A DNA stretch of 64,000 bases, taken from the NCBI GenBank assembly GCA_020429915.1, contig JAGQKV010000015.1, forward strand, positions 65,593 through 129,592, in the 5' to 3' direction. The DNA is from Candidatus Omnitrophota bacterium. Lineage in GTDB: Bacteria > Omnitrophota > Gorgyraeia > Zapsychrales > Zapsychraceae. Of this stretch, positions 38,866 to 48,439 are shown piece after piece (positions within the stretch are counted from its first letter, which is position 1; each line of letters starts with the position of its first letter). Below the pieces are notes generated by a model, which saw only the letters and a program-made list of their open reading frames with translations, made no database searches and had not been told where the DNA came from. The position numbers and the translations under genes were made by a program.

Positions 38866-39723
38866 TTATGACTCCAATTTAACCTGCCGCAATTTATATC
38901 GGGCAAAAATAGCGACGGAATTCATCAAGAATATTAATGCTATCAGCACCAGAGCCGTGCCGTAGGCCAAAGGCCGCACTTGCTCAATCGCGTGATGTTG
39001 CGTGGACATAATATACAGATGGTAAGGTAAGGCCATAAACTGGTCCAACAGGGATTTCGGCAGGACCGGCAGGAAAAAAGCAGCCCCCGTGAACAGAATC
39101 GGCGCCGTCTCACCCGCCGCTCGGGATAATCCCAGGATTGTCCCGGTCAGCATTCCCGGAATGGCGTATGGCAGGACATTGGTGCGGATCGCCTGCCACT
39201 TGGTGGCACCCAAGGCCAAGGATCCGTCCCGGTAGGCCTGCGGAACGCTTTTCAGGGCCTCCTCACTGGCGGTGATCGTCCACGGCAACGTCATAAGACC
39301 CAGCGTGAGCCCCGCCGCCAGGACGGAAGTATCCAGGTGCATCAGCTGAACAAACAGCACTACGCCGAACAGGCCATATACGATCGACGGAACACCGGAA
39401 AGATTGCGGATTGACATGCGGATCAAACGTGTCAGCTTTCCGCCGTGGGCGTACTCATTAAGGTAAATCGCGCACCCCATCCCCAAAGGAATGGAGAACA
39501 GGGCCGTGATCACCGTGACCAAAAACGTCCCGACGATCGCCGGAAAAATCCCGCCTTCCGTCATCCCCTTGCGGGGCATGGTACTGAGAAACTCCCACGA
39601 CACCGAGGAATAACCCTTGGTAAAAATATCCCACAGGATAATGAGCAGGGTCAGCAAGACCAACCCCAAACAAAAACGGAGGATAGCAAAACCGATAATT
39701 TCGGAAAACCGTTTTTTGTTCAT
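38866..39723 (-). CDS. pstA: Phosphate ABC transporter permease PstA.
   Basis: 285 aa with 6 TM helices and the EAA-like permease loop ([19 protein letters not shown]); sits between pstC and pstB. Confidence 0.85.
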   Translation of the reverse strand: MNKKRFSEIIGFAILRFCLGLVLLTLLIILWDIFTKGYSSVSWEFLSTMPRKGMTEGGIFPAIVGTFLVTVITALFSIPLGMGCAIYLNEYAHGGKLTRLIRMSIRNLSGVPSIVYGLFGVVLFVQLMHLDTSVLAAGLTLGLMTLPWTITASEEALKSVPQAYRDGSLALGATKWQAIRTNVLPYAIPGMLTGTILGLSRAAGETAPILFTGAAFFLPVLPKSLLDQFMALPYHLYIMSTQHHAIEQVRPLAYGTALVLIALIFLMNSVAIFARYKLRQVKLES

Positions 39724-39724
39724 A

Positions 39725-40660
39725 TCAGCGATTCACCTTTTCGTAGCGGTGCAAGACGATGTCGGAGGTTAAGTTGATCAGAAACGTAATCACAAACAGA
39801 ACCAACCCCAGGGCGAACAGGGCGTAATAATGCGTGGTGTTGTAAGCCACTTCCCCCAATTCAATTGCAATCGATGAAGTCAGAGTGCGTACCGATTCCA
39901 GAAACCCTTCCGGCATGGCCGGTGCGCATCCGGTCGCCATCAGGACCGTCATTGTCTCACCGATGGCCCGGCCCATTCCCAGCATACAGGCGGCGATTAT
40001 CCCGGACATCGCGGCGGGGATCTTGACTCGGATCACCGTTTGCCAACGCGTCGCTCCCAGGGCCAACGATGCCTGGTCATACGTCTTGGGAACGCTGTTC
40101 AACGCGTCCTCGGAGATACTGATGATCGTCGGTAGCGCCATCACCCCCAGCAGGATTGATCCGTTGATCGCGTTCAATCCGTTACTGGTCCCGAATAACT
40201 TGGCAATCAGCGGGCCGACCAGCACGATACCCAGAAACCCGACGACAACAGAAGGAATTCCCGCGAGAATCTCAATAACGGGTTTGATGATCTCCCGTGT
40301 CCGGGGACCAGCCACATCGGACAGGTAGGCGGCCGTGCCGATACCCAGCGGAATGGCGATAAGCAGGGCCCCAAAGGTAACCATCATCGTACTGACCAAC
40401 ATGGGGACGATCCCGTATTGGGCTTCGTAATACGATGTGGGGTTCCACTCAGCGCCCGTTAGAAAGCGCCAAAGATTAATCTCCTGAAAGGCCGGAACAG
40501 CGGTATAAACCAGCAGACCGAAGATCCCGATCAACGCAATGACCGACAACATGCCGTTTAAGAAAAAGAAGGCATGGATCAACTTGTCCCGCGCGCTCGA
40601 GGACAGTCCGCGGGGCTTTGGGATCTCCAATTCTCGTTTAATCGTAAGTGTCTCTGACAT
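39725..40660 (-). CDS. pstC: Phosphate ABC transporter permease PstC.
   Basis: 311 aa with the permease loop LALGATRWQTVIRVKIP; immediately upstream of pstA. Confidence 0.85.
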   Translation of the reverse strand: MSETLTIKRELEIPKPRGLSSSARDKLIHAFFFLNGMLSVIALIGIFGLLVYTAVPAFQEINLWRFLTGAEWNPTSYYEAQYGIVPMLVSTMMVTFGALLIAIPLGIGTAAYLSDVAGPRTREIIKPVIEILAGIPSVVVGFLGIVLVGPLIAKLFGTSNGLNAINGSILLGVMALPTIISISEDALNSVPKTYDQASLALGATRWQTVIRVKIPAAMSGIIAACMLGMGRAIGETMTVLMATGCAPAMPEGFLESVRTLTSSIAIELGEVAYNTTHYYALFALGLVLFVITFLINLTSDIVLHRYEKVNR

Positions 40661-41082
40661 AGTGGCAAACTTTAATGGTCGTATCGTTTTCCGCGTAACG
40701 GCCGATTACTTAGTCGTCGTCGCATTAACATCATTCTTCAGGGCTGTTGTCGGAAAGAAATCTTCTTCTCGAGTAATCTGAACCGAACCGATCAACGCAT
40801 CATAGGCTGTTATGCGAGACATTCCATACTCCGCCAACACGTCGGTCGGATCATGCACCTAAAGTTAGGCAATGGCGGAAGCAAACGCTCCGGGTACTAA
40901 TTGCCTTCAGTGCGCATAGAGCAAAGTTTGAAGTTATGAGGAGATGGTTAGCGAAACCGTTGGGATGAAACTCCCGGCATACTGTTCGTATCTCAAAGTT
41001 TCCTAAAATATTACCACGCTCCAGACTAAAAGACAACCGTTACTCTGGGAGGCCCCGGATGTTTGCCGCGGGGCTCAAGTGC

Positions 41083-41115
41083 CCGAAAAAGATGACCTGC
41101 CGAGAACGGCAGGCC
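41083..41115 (-). terminator. Rho-independent terminator after the small Pho-box-associated ORF.
   Basis: Reverse strand reads GGCCTGCCG-TTCT-CGGCAGG followed by TCATCTTTTTCGG. Confidence 0.65.
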
Positions 41116-41154
41116 CGTTGATCCGACGCCTTGTCATTGTCCCGGCAACGGCTT

Positions 41155-41349
41155 TCAACTTTCAATAAATTTCCGCAAACGCCGCAAATCACCCTCTGTC
41201 TGTTTCAGCAATTGAAGGATGAAGTCGTCGGTATAGTGCCGCGTCCGCTCAATCGTTTCCAATATATTATGCAAATTGATAATTTGCGTTCGAAGATCAC
41301 TGGCCACTCGGTCGACATAGGGACCTGAGGAGTAATCGAATCTTTGCAC
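41155..41349 (-). CDS. Small hypothetical protein (64 aa) between phoR and pstC.
   Basis: GTG start preceded by AAAGAGGAGGG; predicted helical protein (QRFDYSSGPYVDRVASDLRTQIINLHNILETIERTRHY...). Confidence 0.4.
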   Translation of the reverse strand: MQRFDYSSGPYVDRVASDLRTQIINLHNILETIERTRHYTDDFILQLLKQTEGDLRRLRKFIES

Positions 41350-41391
41350 GGTTCCCTCCTCTTTCTTTATTTACTGCACTAGGATACCCGG

Positions 41392-41425
41392 CCATGGTGA
41401 ACGGTTTTTGTCTGAATTGTGACAA
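41392..41425 (-). promoter_or_regulatory. Pho-box-like direct repeats upstream of the small ORF.
   Basis: Reverse strand reads TTGTCACaattCAGACAAaaaccGTTCACC: three hexamers at ~11-bp periodicity, resembling PhoB/PhoP-type boxes. Confidence 0.3.
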
Positions 41426-41440
41426 TTAGGTGAAATTTTA

Positions 41441-43222
41441 TCAGGCTAGCGGCAAAGTAAAACGGAAGCAGGAGCCGACCCCCATTTGGCTGGTAACGCG
41501 AACCTCTCCCTGATGAGCCTGAACAATATGTTTGACGATGGACAACCCCAACCCGGTCCCTCCGATTTCACGGGAATGGGCCTTGTCCACCCGGTAGAAG
41601 CGTTCGAAGATGCGCGGCAGGTCATTCTCCGGGATTCCGATCCCGGTATCCGCGATGCTGAGTTCCACGTACCGGCCCTTGTGCTGAGCTGAGACCGTTA
41701 CCAACCCGTTGTCCTTGTTATACTTAACCGCGTTCTCAATCAAATTCAAGAGGACCTGGGCGATGCTGGGGCCGTCACAACGCACTTTTCCGATATCATC
41801 GGGTATCTCCGTGCGAAAGGTAATCCCGCTTTTGGCAAATTGCTTACTCAGCCCCGTCTCCACCCGCTTCACCAGATCACCGATGTCATGCGGTTTGAAA
41901 TGGAACTGCATTTTACCGGACTCGATCCGGGACAGGTCCAACACGTCCTCGACCAATTTGGCCAATCGTTCGGCCTCCGAGTGGATGATATTGGTGAAAT
42001 CCTCGGCATTGCCCTTGTCATCAAGGGCGCCTTCCAGGAGTGTCTCGGCATACCCTTTGATATTGGTGATGGGGGTGCGCAATTCGTGAGAAACGTTGGC
42101 CACGAAGTCCTTGCGGACCATCTCCAACCGGCGTAGTTCGGTGATATTGTGAAAGACCATAACCGCCCCATCGACCACGCCGTGCAACGTGACCGGTGTG
42201 GCGTGGATAATCAAATGCTTCTCGCGCGGGAACAAGGCCGAGATTTCCCGAGAAATCGCTCCGGTCTTGCTCTCCAGCACTTCGGTAGCGATTTCCTGGA
42301 TTTCGACATTGCGGATTACCTCAATCGGTTTCTTGCCGACAACCTCTTCGGTCACCTGAAGCAACTCGCGCAAGGCCTTGTTCATCAGCAGGATCTTGCC
42401 GTCCGCGTTCATAACCAAGACTCCGTCAAACATGCTCAACAGAACGGCTTCCAATCGCAGGCGGCTGGCCACGACCTCTTCAATACGTTCCTTGATTTGC
42501 TTGGACATGTAGTTGATCGATGTCGACAGGTCGCCGAATTCGTCTTTGGAATGAATAGTCACTACTTTTGAGAAATCGCCGGCCGCGATGCTCTTGGATA
42601 TCGACGAAACCTCGCTGATCGGCTTGGAAATGATATGCGAGCCGACGAAACCGAGCGTCAACGATACGATAAAGGCGATCCCCAAGGCAACAAGCAGAAA
42701 ATTGGTCAGCCCGCCGGTGACTTTGTTGATCTCCGAAAGGGGCACCGCCAGCCGTATTATCCCCACGGAGTCTTGGTTGCGCGGCAATGTAAACGGAATG
42801 GCCATGTAAAGTAATTCCCGCTTAACGGTTTGGCTGAAGCGCCGGCTCATCCCCAGACCTGACTTGATGGCGTCCTGGACTTCGGGTCGGTACAAATGGT
42901 TCTCAACTTGCTCGACCATTTCCGGAGATAAATTCGAATCGCCCAAAACACGCCCGTCCAGACCAATGACCGTCACGCGCAAATCCAAATCTTCACCGAT
43001 CGCGTCGGCTATTTGATCGATCTGCGGCAAAGACAAGCGCGGACTGTACTGCTGCTGCAGGTAACGCGCGGCCAGGTTGATCTTGCCGTGCAGATTGGCT
43101 TGCAGTTGTTTAAAGATTTGATCGGTAAGGTGGTTCTGCAGATAGATGTAGACTCCGAGCAGAATGAACGCGGATATGGCGGCGAATACAATGGTGATTT
43201 TGTACTGGATGTTTATCCGCAA
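41441..43222 (-). CDS. phoR: Sensor histidine kinase, PhoR-like (TM-periplasmic-TM-HAMP-PAS-HisKA-HATPase).
   Basis: H-box VSHELRTPITNI and the N, G1 and G2 boxes (NLIENAVKYN, DTGIGIP, GGTGLGLSIV). Called PhoR-like because it is adjacent to pstCAB-phoU and an OmpR-family regulator. Confidence 0.75.
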   Translation of the reverse strand: MRINIQYKITIVFAAISAFILLGVYIYLQNHLTDQIFKQLQANLHGKINLAARYLQQQYSPRLSLPQIDQIADAIGEDLDLRVTVIGLDGRVLGDSNLSPEMVEQVENHLYRPEVQDAIKSGLGMSRRFSQTVKRELLYMAIPFTLPRNQDSVGIIRLAVPLSEINKVTGGLTNFLLVALGIAFIVSLTLGFVGSHIISKPISEVSSISKSIAAGDFSKVVTIHSKDEFGDLSTSINYMSKQIKERIEEVVASRLRLEAVLLSMFDGVLVMNADGKILLMNKALRELLQVTEEVVGKKPIEVIRNVEIQEIATEVLESKTGAISREISALFPREKHLIIHATPVTLHGVVDGAVMVFHNITELRRLEMVRKDFVANVSHELRTPITNIKGYAETLLEGALDDKGNAEDFTNIIHSEAERLAKLVEDVLDLSRIESGKMQFHFKPHDIGDLVKRVETGLSKQFAKSGITFRTEIPDDIGKVRCDGPSIAQVLLNLIENAVKYNKDNGLVTVSAQHKGRYVELSIADTGIGIPENDLPRIFERFYRVDKAHSREIGGTGLGLSIVKHIVQAHQGEVRVTSQMGVGSCFRFTLPLA

Positions 43223-43228
43223 ATCCGA

Positions 43229-43927
43229 TCACTCCTGCTCGAAAAAGCGATAGCCGTAGCCCCGGACCGTCTCGATGTATTTGCCGTAGCGCCCCAGCTT
43301 CTGCCGCAAGCGTTTAACGTGGGTATCAACGGTCCGCGTGGTCACGTCCGCCTCAATACCCCATACATCGTTGAGCAACTGCTCCCGGCTCTGGACCCGG
43401 CCGCGGCGCTTGAGCAATGTTGCCAGCAAATCGAATTCCATCGCCGTCAGTTTGATCTCCTTGGTATTCACCATGACTTTATGCCGGGGAATGTCAACTT
43501 TCAGTTTCTCGAAACTGAGGATCTCTTTAACGTCGCTTTTTTGAGCCTGAGCAGACGCACGCTTGAGGATGGCCTTGACCCGCAAGACCAGTTCGCGCGG
43601 ACTGAACGGTTTGGCAAGATAATCATCCGCACCGAGCTCCAGACCGACAATGCGGTCGATCTCTTCTGCGCGCGCGGTGAGCATGATGATCGGTATACCG
43701 GCGTATTCGTCTTCCTGCTTGATGAGCCGGCAGACCTCAAATCCGTCCATTTTTGGAAGCATCACATCCAGGATGATAAGGTCAATATTCTCCTTATCCA
43801 GGACCTCGAACCCTTCCTCCCCGGTAATGACGGTGGTGCAGCTGTAGCCGGCCTTATCCAGATTATATTTAACCAGCTTGGAAATGTGCTTGTCGTCTTC
43901 AACAATGAGAATTTTTTCGCCAGACAT
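43229..43927 (-). CDS. phoB: OmpR/PhoB-family response regulator.
   Basis: Receiver domain (ILIVEDD...D.MLP.MDG) plus winged-helix output domain (VWG...TRTVDTHVKRLRQKLG); 232 aa. Confidence 0.8.
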   Translation of the reverse strand: MSGEKILIVEDDKHISKLVKYNLDKAGYSCTTVITGEEGFEVLDKENIDLIILDVMLPKMDGFEVCRLIKQEDEYAGIPIIMLTARAEEIDRIVGLELGADDYLAKPFSPRELVLRVKAILKRASAQAQKSDVKEILSFEKLKVDIPRHKVMVNTKEIKLTAMEFDLLATLLKRRGRVQSREQLLNDVWGIEADVTTRTVDTHVKRLRQKLGRYGKYIETVRGYGYRFFEQE

Positions 43928-44101
43928 GTGTAACGCAACTCCGGATAGAGGTGAGTTTGAACTCCCGTTGGTTAAGCAATTTCAATTTGCTCTAGCATTA
44001 AGTAGGGGGCGTTTTTCCTTGAAAAGAAAAACAGTACAACATTCGTTGGCTAATAACGGAGGTCGTACTCCAGTTGATGGAGCCCCCTTCAGTGATAGAC
44101 T

Positions 44102-44151
44102 AGTGAACGGTTGTCAATGGCCTGTGAACATCCGGTAACTTTTGCGTTACA
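44102..44151 (-). promoter_or_regulatory. Run of five TTNACA-like hexamers at 10-12-bp spacing upstream of phoB; candidate autoregulatory Pho boxes.
   Basis: Reverse strand reads TGTAAC...GTTACC...TTCACA-ggcca-TTGACA-accg-TTCACT, 175-225 nt upstream of the phoB ATG. Confidence 0.3.
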
Positions 44152-45211
44152 ATTTATCCCCAAATAACATCAACTGGGGACTAGGCTTACGAAAATGAGC
44201 GGTCGTCAATGGTGCGCTGTCGCGGTTCAAATGATAGCGTTTGCTGTAGATCGTGAAGATCTTATGAACCTGATCGGCATGAACTCCGGTACCACGCAAG
44301 CGGTTGTGAAATGACGGATCGTTCAACCGGCCGTTGCGTACCGACTTGATTCTGTTCAATATCCTGCTTGTGCGGTCCGGATAGTGGCGTTCCAACCAGG
44401 CCGTGAACAAGTCTTTGACGGAATACGGCAGTCGCACCATGATCAATCGGGCGCTGGCCGCTCCGGCCTGTGCGGAGGCTTCTAAAATAGCCGGGATTTC
44501 CTCATCTGTCAAGCCCGGAATCACCGGCGCGAGCATCACCCCGACCGGAATACCGGCCCGGCTTAATTCCCGGACCGCACGCAGCCGGTCCGCCGGTGTT
44601 GAAGCGCGGGGTTCCATGAGATTCGCCAGCTGCGGGTCCAGGGTGGTAATCGAAAGGTAAACTTTAACGCATCCGAACGCGTTGAGGGCCTTCAGAATAT
44701 CGAGATCGCGGACCACCAGCCTGTTCTTCGTAATGATTCCCACCGGATTGCGAAAATCAGCCAATACGGCCAGACATTGCCGGGACAGTCGAAATCTCTG
44801 TTCAGCCGGCTGATACGGATCCGTATTGCCGCTCAAACCCAGCGGTTGCGGCCGGTATTTGGCTGAGGCAAGCTCCTTGCGGAGGATCACCGGCGCCTGG
44901 TGCTTCACCATGATCCGGCTCTCAAAATCCAGCCCCGAGGACATCCCGAGGTACTCATGGGTCGGCCGGGCGAAGCAATATACGCACCCGTGCTCACATC
45001 CCCGGTAGGGATTGATGCCGGCGCTCATGCCGAGATCCGGACTGTCGTTATAGGTAATGAAACTCTTGGTCGTGTCGTGCAGAAAGGTTGTTTTGGGCAT
45101 TGCCTGATCACCCGGGTCGCACTCGGAATCCGGCTCACGGGTGACCGCATCGAATCGGTTATCAGGATTGCCCGGGGCTCCGCGGCCGTGCGCTGGGGGA
45201 CGCTTTTTCAT
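44147..45211 (-). CDS. Radical SAM protein of the PA0069 / SPL-like (DNA photolyase-like) family.
   Basis: CEHGCVYC radical-SAM cluster motif preceded by GRGAPGNPDNRF, as in PA0069-family proteins. Start set at MKKRPP; the ORF-track start at 45298 is an extension. Confidence 0.7.
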   Translation of the reverse strand: MKKRPPAHGRGAPGNPDNRFDAVTREPDSECDPGDQAMPKTTFLHDTTKSFITYNDSPDLGMSAGINPYRGCEHGCVYCFARPTHEYLGMSSGLDFESRIMVKHQAPVILRKELASAKYRPQPLGLSGNTDPYQPAEQRFRLSRQCLAVLADFRNPVGIITKNRLVVRDLDILKALNAFGCVKVYLSITTLDPQLANLMEPRASTPADRLRAVRELSRAGIPVGVMLAPVIPGLTDEEIPAILEASAQAGAASARLIMVRLPYSVKDLFTAWLERHYPDRTSRILNRIKSVRNGRLNDPSFHNRLRGTGVHADQVHKIFTIYSKRYHLNRDSAPLTTAHFRKPSPQLMLFGDKL

Positions 45212-45242
45212 GCACCGATTATACCATACATAAGTGTGGCAT

Positions 45243-46157
45243 TCAATCTCCGGAAGGAGTATTACCATCCTTTTTCTGGCACGCCTGCATCTGCTCATTC
45301 AGCCGGATATCCCTTCCGTTAAGGTGCCGGTGAAAGGACGTGAGGATGATCCGGGATATATCCAACGGATCCGCTATCCCGAGTCCCTGAAAATACTGAC
45401 GCAACTCCGAATCCTGCGACAGCCCCCACCAGTCACGCAGCCGGTTACCCAGCCCGGCGTCATACCGACCCAATTCCTCCTCCGCCGTATTCATGAACGC
45501 CACCAGCTCCGGCTGCCTCAGCCGGAGCTTCAAGGCGCGATAACATTCCTCCAGATCACGCGGAACATCCGATTTCCGGGTGGCCTCAACTTCCTTGCGG
45601 CGCCGCTCTTGTGCTTCGCGGGTCAAAGTAAGCAACTGTTTTTGGTAAAGGACATTCGGGGGGAAAACTGCCGCTCGGGCGAATCCGGATCGGATGAGTT
45701 CGGCGTTGAGGCAGCGATATTGCAGGCCATCGTCCTTGTCGGCGCCCCAATACTCCATCAGCCCGTCACGGTCGAAATGCATGGTGACGCGATTGACGGC
45801 CAGCCAGCGCGCGTCGCGACGGTGTACGGCCCATACATACGCCAGCAGCCGTCCGCGACCGTCGCGTTGTTGCCTGTCAAACTCCAGCTTGAGTTGATCG
45901 TGTCCGCGTAAGATGGTCCGCAGATATGCCTCGGCTTTGGCCTCCAGATCCGGTCGGGCGGCCTCGATGCCGGTCAGGCGAATCGTCTCTTCGTCACCCG
46001 ACGGGGCCAACACCACAAGGGTGCGATAATCGATGACTTCCTGCAAGACGTACGTCGCGGCATCAACCGGACGAACAAGCGTGATGAGTAAGGCCGAAAT
46101 ACCGACAAGGAGAATTCTTCCGCCGGGTCTACTCCGCCACTTGAGCGGCCTCTTCAT
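45243..46157 (-). CDS. Thermonuclease (SNase-like) domain protein with a C-terminal extension.
   Basis: Signal/TM ILLVGISALLITLV followed by an SNase-like core (TYVLQEVIDYRTLVV...ETIRLTGIEA...RLLAYVW...AELIRSGFA). Confidence 0.6.
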   Translation of the reverse strand: MKRPLKWRSRPGGRILLVGISALLITLVRPVDAATYVLQEVIDYRTLVVLAPSGDEETIRLTGIEAARPDLEAKAEAYLRTILRGHDQLKLEFDRQQRDGRGRLLAYVWAVHRRDARWLAVNRVTMHFDRDGLMEYWGADKDDGLQYRCLNAELIRSGFARAAVFPPNVLYQKQLLTLTREAQERRRKEVEATRKSDVPRDLEECYRALKLRLRQPELVAFMNTAEEELGRYDAGLGNRLRDWWGLSQDSELRQYFQGLGIADPLDISRIILTSFHRHLNGRDIRLNEQMQACQKKDGNTPSGD

Positions 46158-48042
46158 CGGATGATTCGACATTAGCGCCTTCATTCTCGGAGCCTTCACC
46201 CGATTCCGATTTCTGGTCCTTAGGCATCTCGCGGACCCGGGCCGGTTTATCAATAATCAGATCCGCTCCGTGAGTGAAAAACTCTTGATCATAAACCACT
46301 TTAACTGTTTTGCCTTGAGGGTCAACCGCATTTATTTCGAGTTTTGCCTTTCGAATGTATTTATTGTCCGCATTTACCCATAAAGTGGCTTTTTGGTCCT
46401 TAATTTCATCGGAAATCGGCCGCGCAAAAAAACCTTCCGTGAAATCAGGTTCAAAGGATAATCGGACAACCTCCTGACCTTTAATGTTCAAGCGTGTCGC
46501 CTGAATACCGGATTTATCCGGCAGCAAACTCGTCCATTTGTCCATCCTTAGCTTCTCGCTGATGTCAGCCAAGCCACTGACACCTTCTCCATCATGGACC
46601 CATTCACCCAGAAAGCGATAAACGTCCTTTCCAATCGCAATCCATTTGTCCACAAGCACACCCTTATCGCGATATAATCCCTGTTCCACTGAGTAGCGAT
46701 CCGGGGCAACGAAATCAGCATCCCAAGAGAGGACCGTCTGCTTATCATCTCCCAAAACCACATGGGTTTGGTATGAACTGACCGACTTGCTTTTGGCCTT
46801 GATGCTGCTAAGTAAGACCGTGAGGTCTTCAATAGGCTCGCCGTCGGCTTCCGCCGCATCACCCCAGGCGTCCAGCCGTTTCAATTCGACCATCCGCTTC
46901 AATTGAAACGCCACCGCCGGATCGCGGCGACTGAGGAAATCGACTTGATTGGCGGCCGCTTCGGTGTCGTCCAAGGCCAAATAGACCTCGGCCAGCACCG
47001 CATGCAACAAGAGTTGGTCGGGATTGCGGGCGATCAGTTCCATCAGATAGTCCCGAGCCTGACCGTTATTGTCCCGCCGGAACTCGCCACGGAACGCCAA
47101 GTTCAGCAAGAAGTCTTTTCCCAGACCTTCGACGTCCGGGATGGCTTGCTGACACAACTTCAGAACTTTATCATTGCGCAAGGCATAAGTCTCCAAGGTG
47201 CGGACCGCCTCCGCCTTCGTGGCCACTGTTAGAAATTCCTCTGTGGGGACATCGATCTGATCCATCAGCAACTCGAAATCATTGTTGGATGCAATCTGCT
47301 GACGGATGCGGGACATCATCAGGGCTCCCAGATCACCCGTAACCGGGATCTCATTGGTCTCCGGATCAATCGCTATTCCGATGACCTTTCGAATGCGTAC
47401 CAGCAATAGTTGTTTGTTTCCCGTCACTTCATCTCCGTTCAGATAGGCCAATATTTTCTCACGGATGATATCGGGTTTGTCGACCAAGCTAAGTACTCTG
47501 CGAATAGCCTCCTCGTTCCCGGAGACAAAAAACTCCGCCCAAAGCATCTCAATATCGTAGGGAATCTTGATTTCCTTCGTCAGCGGATCAAAGGGTAAAG
47601 GCATATTCCTTTCAAGGGCATCCTCGATCAAGGGTTTGATGTCCTTATTGTCTTCTTTCTCCTTCACCTTCTCCAAGAAAGTTTTTACCTCATCGTTGCC
47701 GCATACTTGAAAGACATTCACCAGGAAAGCCTTGCCAGGCAGTGAAGCCTTGTCAAACATTTTTATATATAGTGGGACGAGTGACGGTTCCTCTTCCGCG
47801 ATGCGCCCGAAGGCATACGCATAGAGTAACTGCCGGTTTTGTTTGAATACTTCACCGGTTTCAAAATATTGCGTATCCATCAGGTTCAGCAACAGCCCGG
47901 GCACCTGGTCCGGATCCGGATTCTTGTAATAATCCTGAATAAACTGTTCGAATTTGAATATCGCTTCGTTCTGGGCCGCCGCCTGCGGGGCCGGGATCAT
48001 CAGAAGTAGCGCCAGGAAAATGCCGTAAAGTACTCGTTTCAT
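46129..48042 (-). CDS. Secreted hypothetical protein, 637 aa, with an acidic C-terminal tail.
   Basis: Signal peptide MKRVLYGIFLALLLMIPAPQAAA; helical/TPR-like middle region; beta-rich C-terminal region; Ser/Glu-rich end. Confidence 0.45.
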   Translation of the reverse strand: MKRVLYGIFLALLLMIPAPQAAAQNEAIFKFEQFIQDYYKNPDPDQVPGLLLNLMDTQYFETGEVFKQNRQLLYAYAFGRIAEEEPSLVPLYIKMFDKASLPGKAFLVNVFQVCGNDEVKTFLEKVKEKEDNKDIKPLIEDALERNMPLPFDPLTKEIKIPYDIEMLWAEFFVSGNEEAIRRVLSLVDKPDIIREKILAYLNGDEVTGNKQLLLVRIRKVIGIAIDPETNEIPVTGDLGALMMSRIRQQIASNNDFELLMDQIDVPTEEFLTVATKAEAVRTLETYALRNDKVLKLCQQAIPDVEGLGKDFLLNLAFRGEFRRDNNGQARDYLMELIARNPDQLLLHAVLAEVYLALDDTEAAANQVDFLSRRDPAVAFQLKRMVELKRLDAWGDAAEADGEPIEDLTVLLSSIKAKSKSVSSYQTHVVLGDDKQTVLSWDADFVAPDRYSVEQGLYRDKGVLVDKWIAIGKDVYRFLGEWVHDGEGVSGLADISEKLRMDKWTSLLPDKSGIQATRLNIKGQEVVRLSFEPDFTEGFFARPISDEIKDQKATLWVNADNKYIRKAKLEINAVDPQGKTVKVVYDQEFFTHGADLIIDKPARVREMPKDQKSESGEGSENEGANVESSDEEAAQVAE

Positions 48043-48094
48043 ACTGCCTTCCTTTGGTAAAGGTTCAATCGGATATCTCGTGATAGTATATCAC

Positions 48095-48439
48095 CTATTT
48101 TCGGGATTTAAACTGCAGATAGATCTTCTCGGGGGCCTGCGAAAAATACTTGTACATGGCCGGGCACAGCCAGCCTTCCATACCGCTGTCGGGGTGACAA
48201 TACCAATTACCTCCGCTCTCCCTTCTTCGCCATTCCAAACAAAAACGGCTGCCCGGGAAAGGGTTAGAGGAGAATAAAATAGTCACTCCCGCAGCCGCCT
48301 CCGGAATGTCGGCCGTCAGCCGGTCGATGATTTCGTCGGCCCCGGCCACGAACGGCTCTTTAACCAGATCCACGGCAGGGTCGTCAAAGACCCAGGTGCC
48401 CTGGTCTTTGTAAGGATGAATGACGCAGATGGCGTTCAT
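48095..48439 (-). CDS. Hypothetical protein (114 aa), translationally coupled to the upstream membrane protein.
   Basis: ATGA overlap with the stop of the 48436..49974 gene. Confidence 0.4.
   Translation of the reverse strand: MNAICVIHPYKDQGTWVFDDPAVDLVKEPFVAGADEIIDRLTADIPEAAAGVTILFSSNPFPGSRFCLEWRRRESGGNWYCHPDSGMEGWLCPAMYKYFSQAPEKIYLQFKSRK

Noticed and set aside
40694-40843. 49-codon minus-strand frame ending just before pstC, considered as a pstS remnant
   Set aside because: Only faint resemblance to PstS C-termini (Y.aL...SV). No upstream continuation in any frame. Kept only as context for the missing-pstS finding, not called as a pseudogene.
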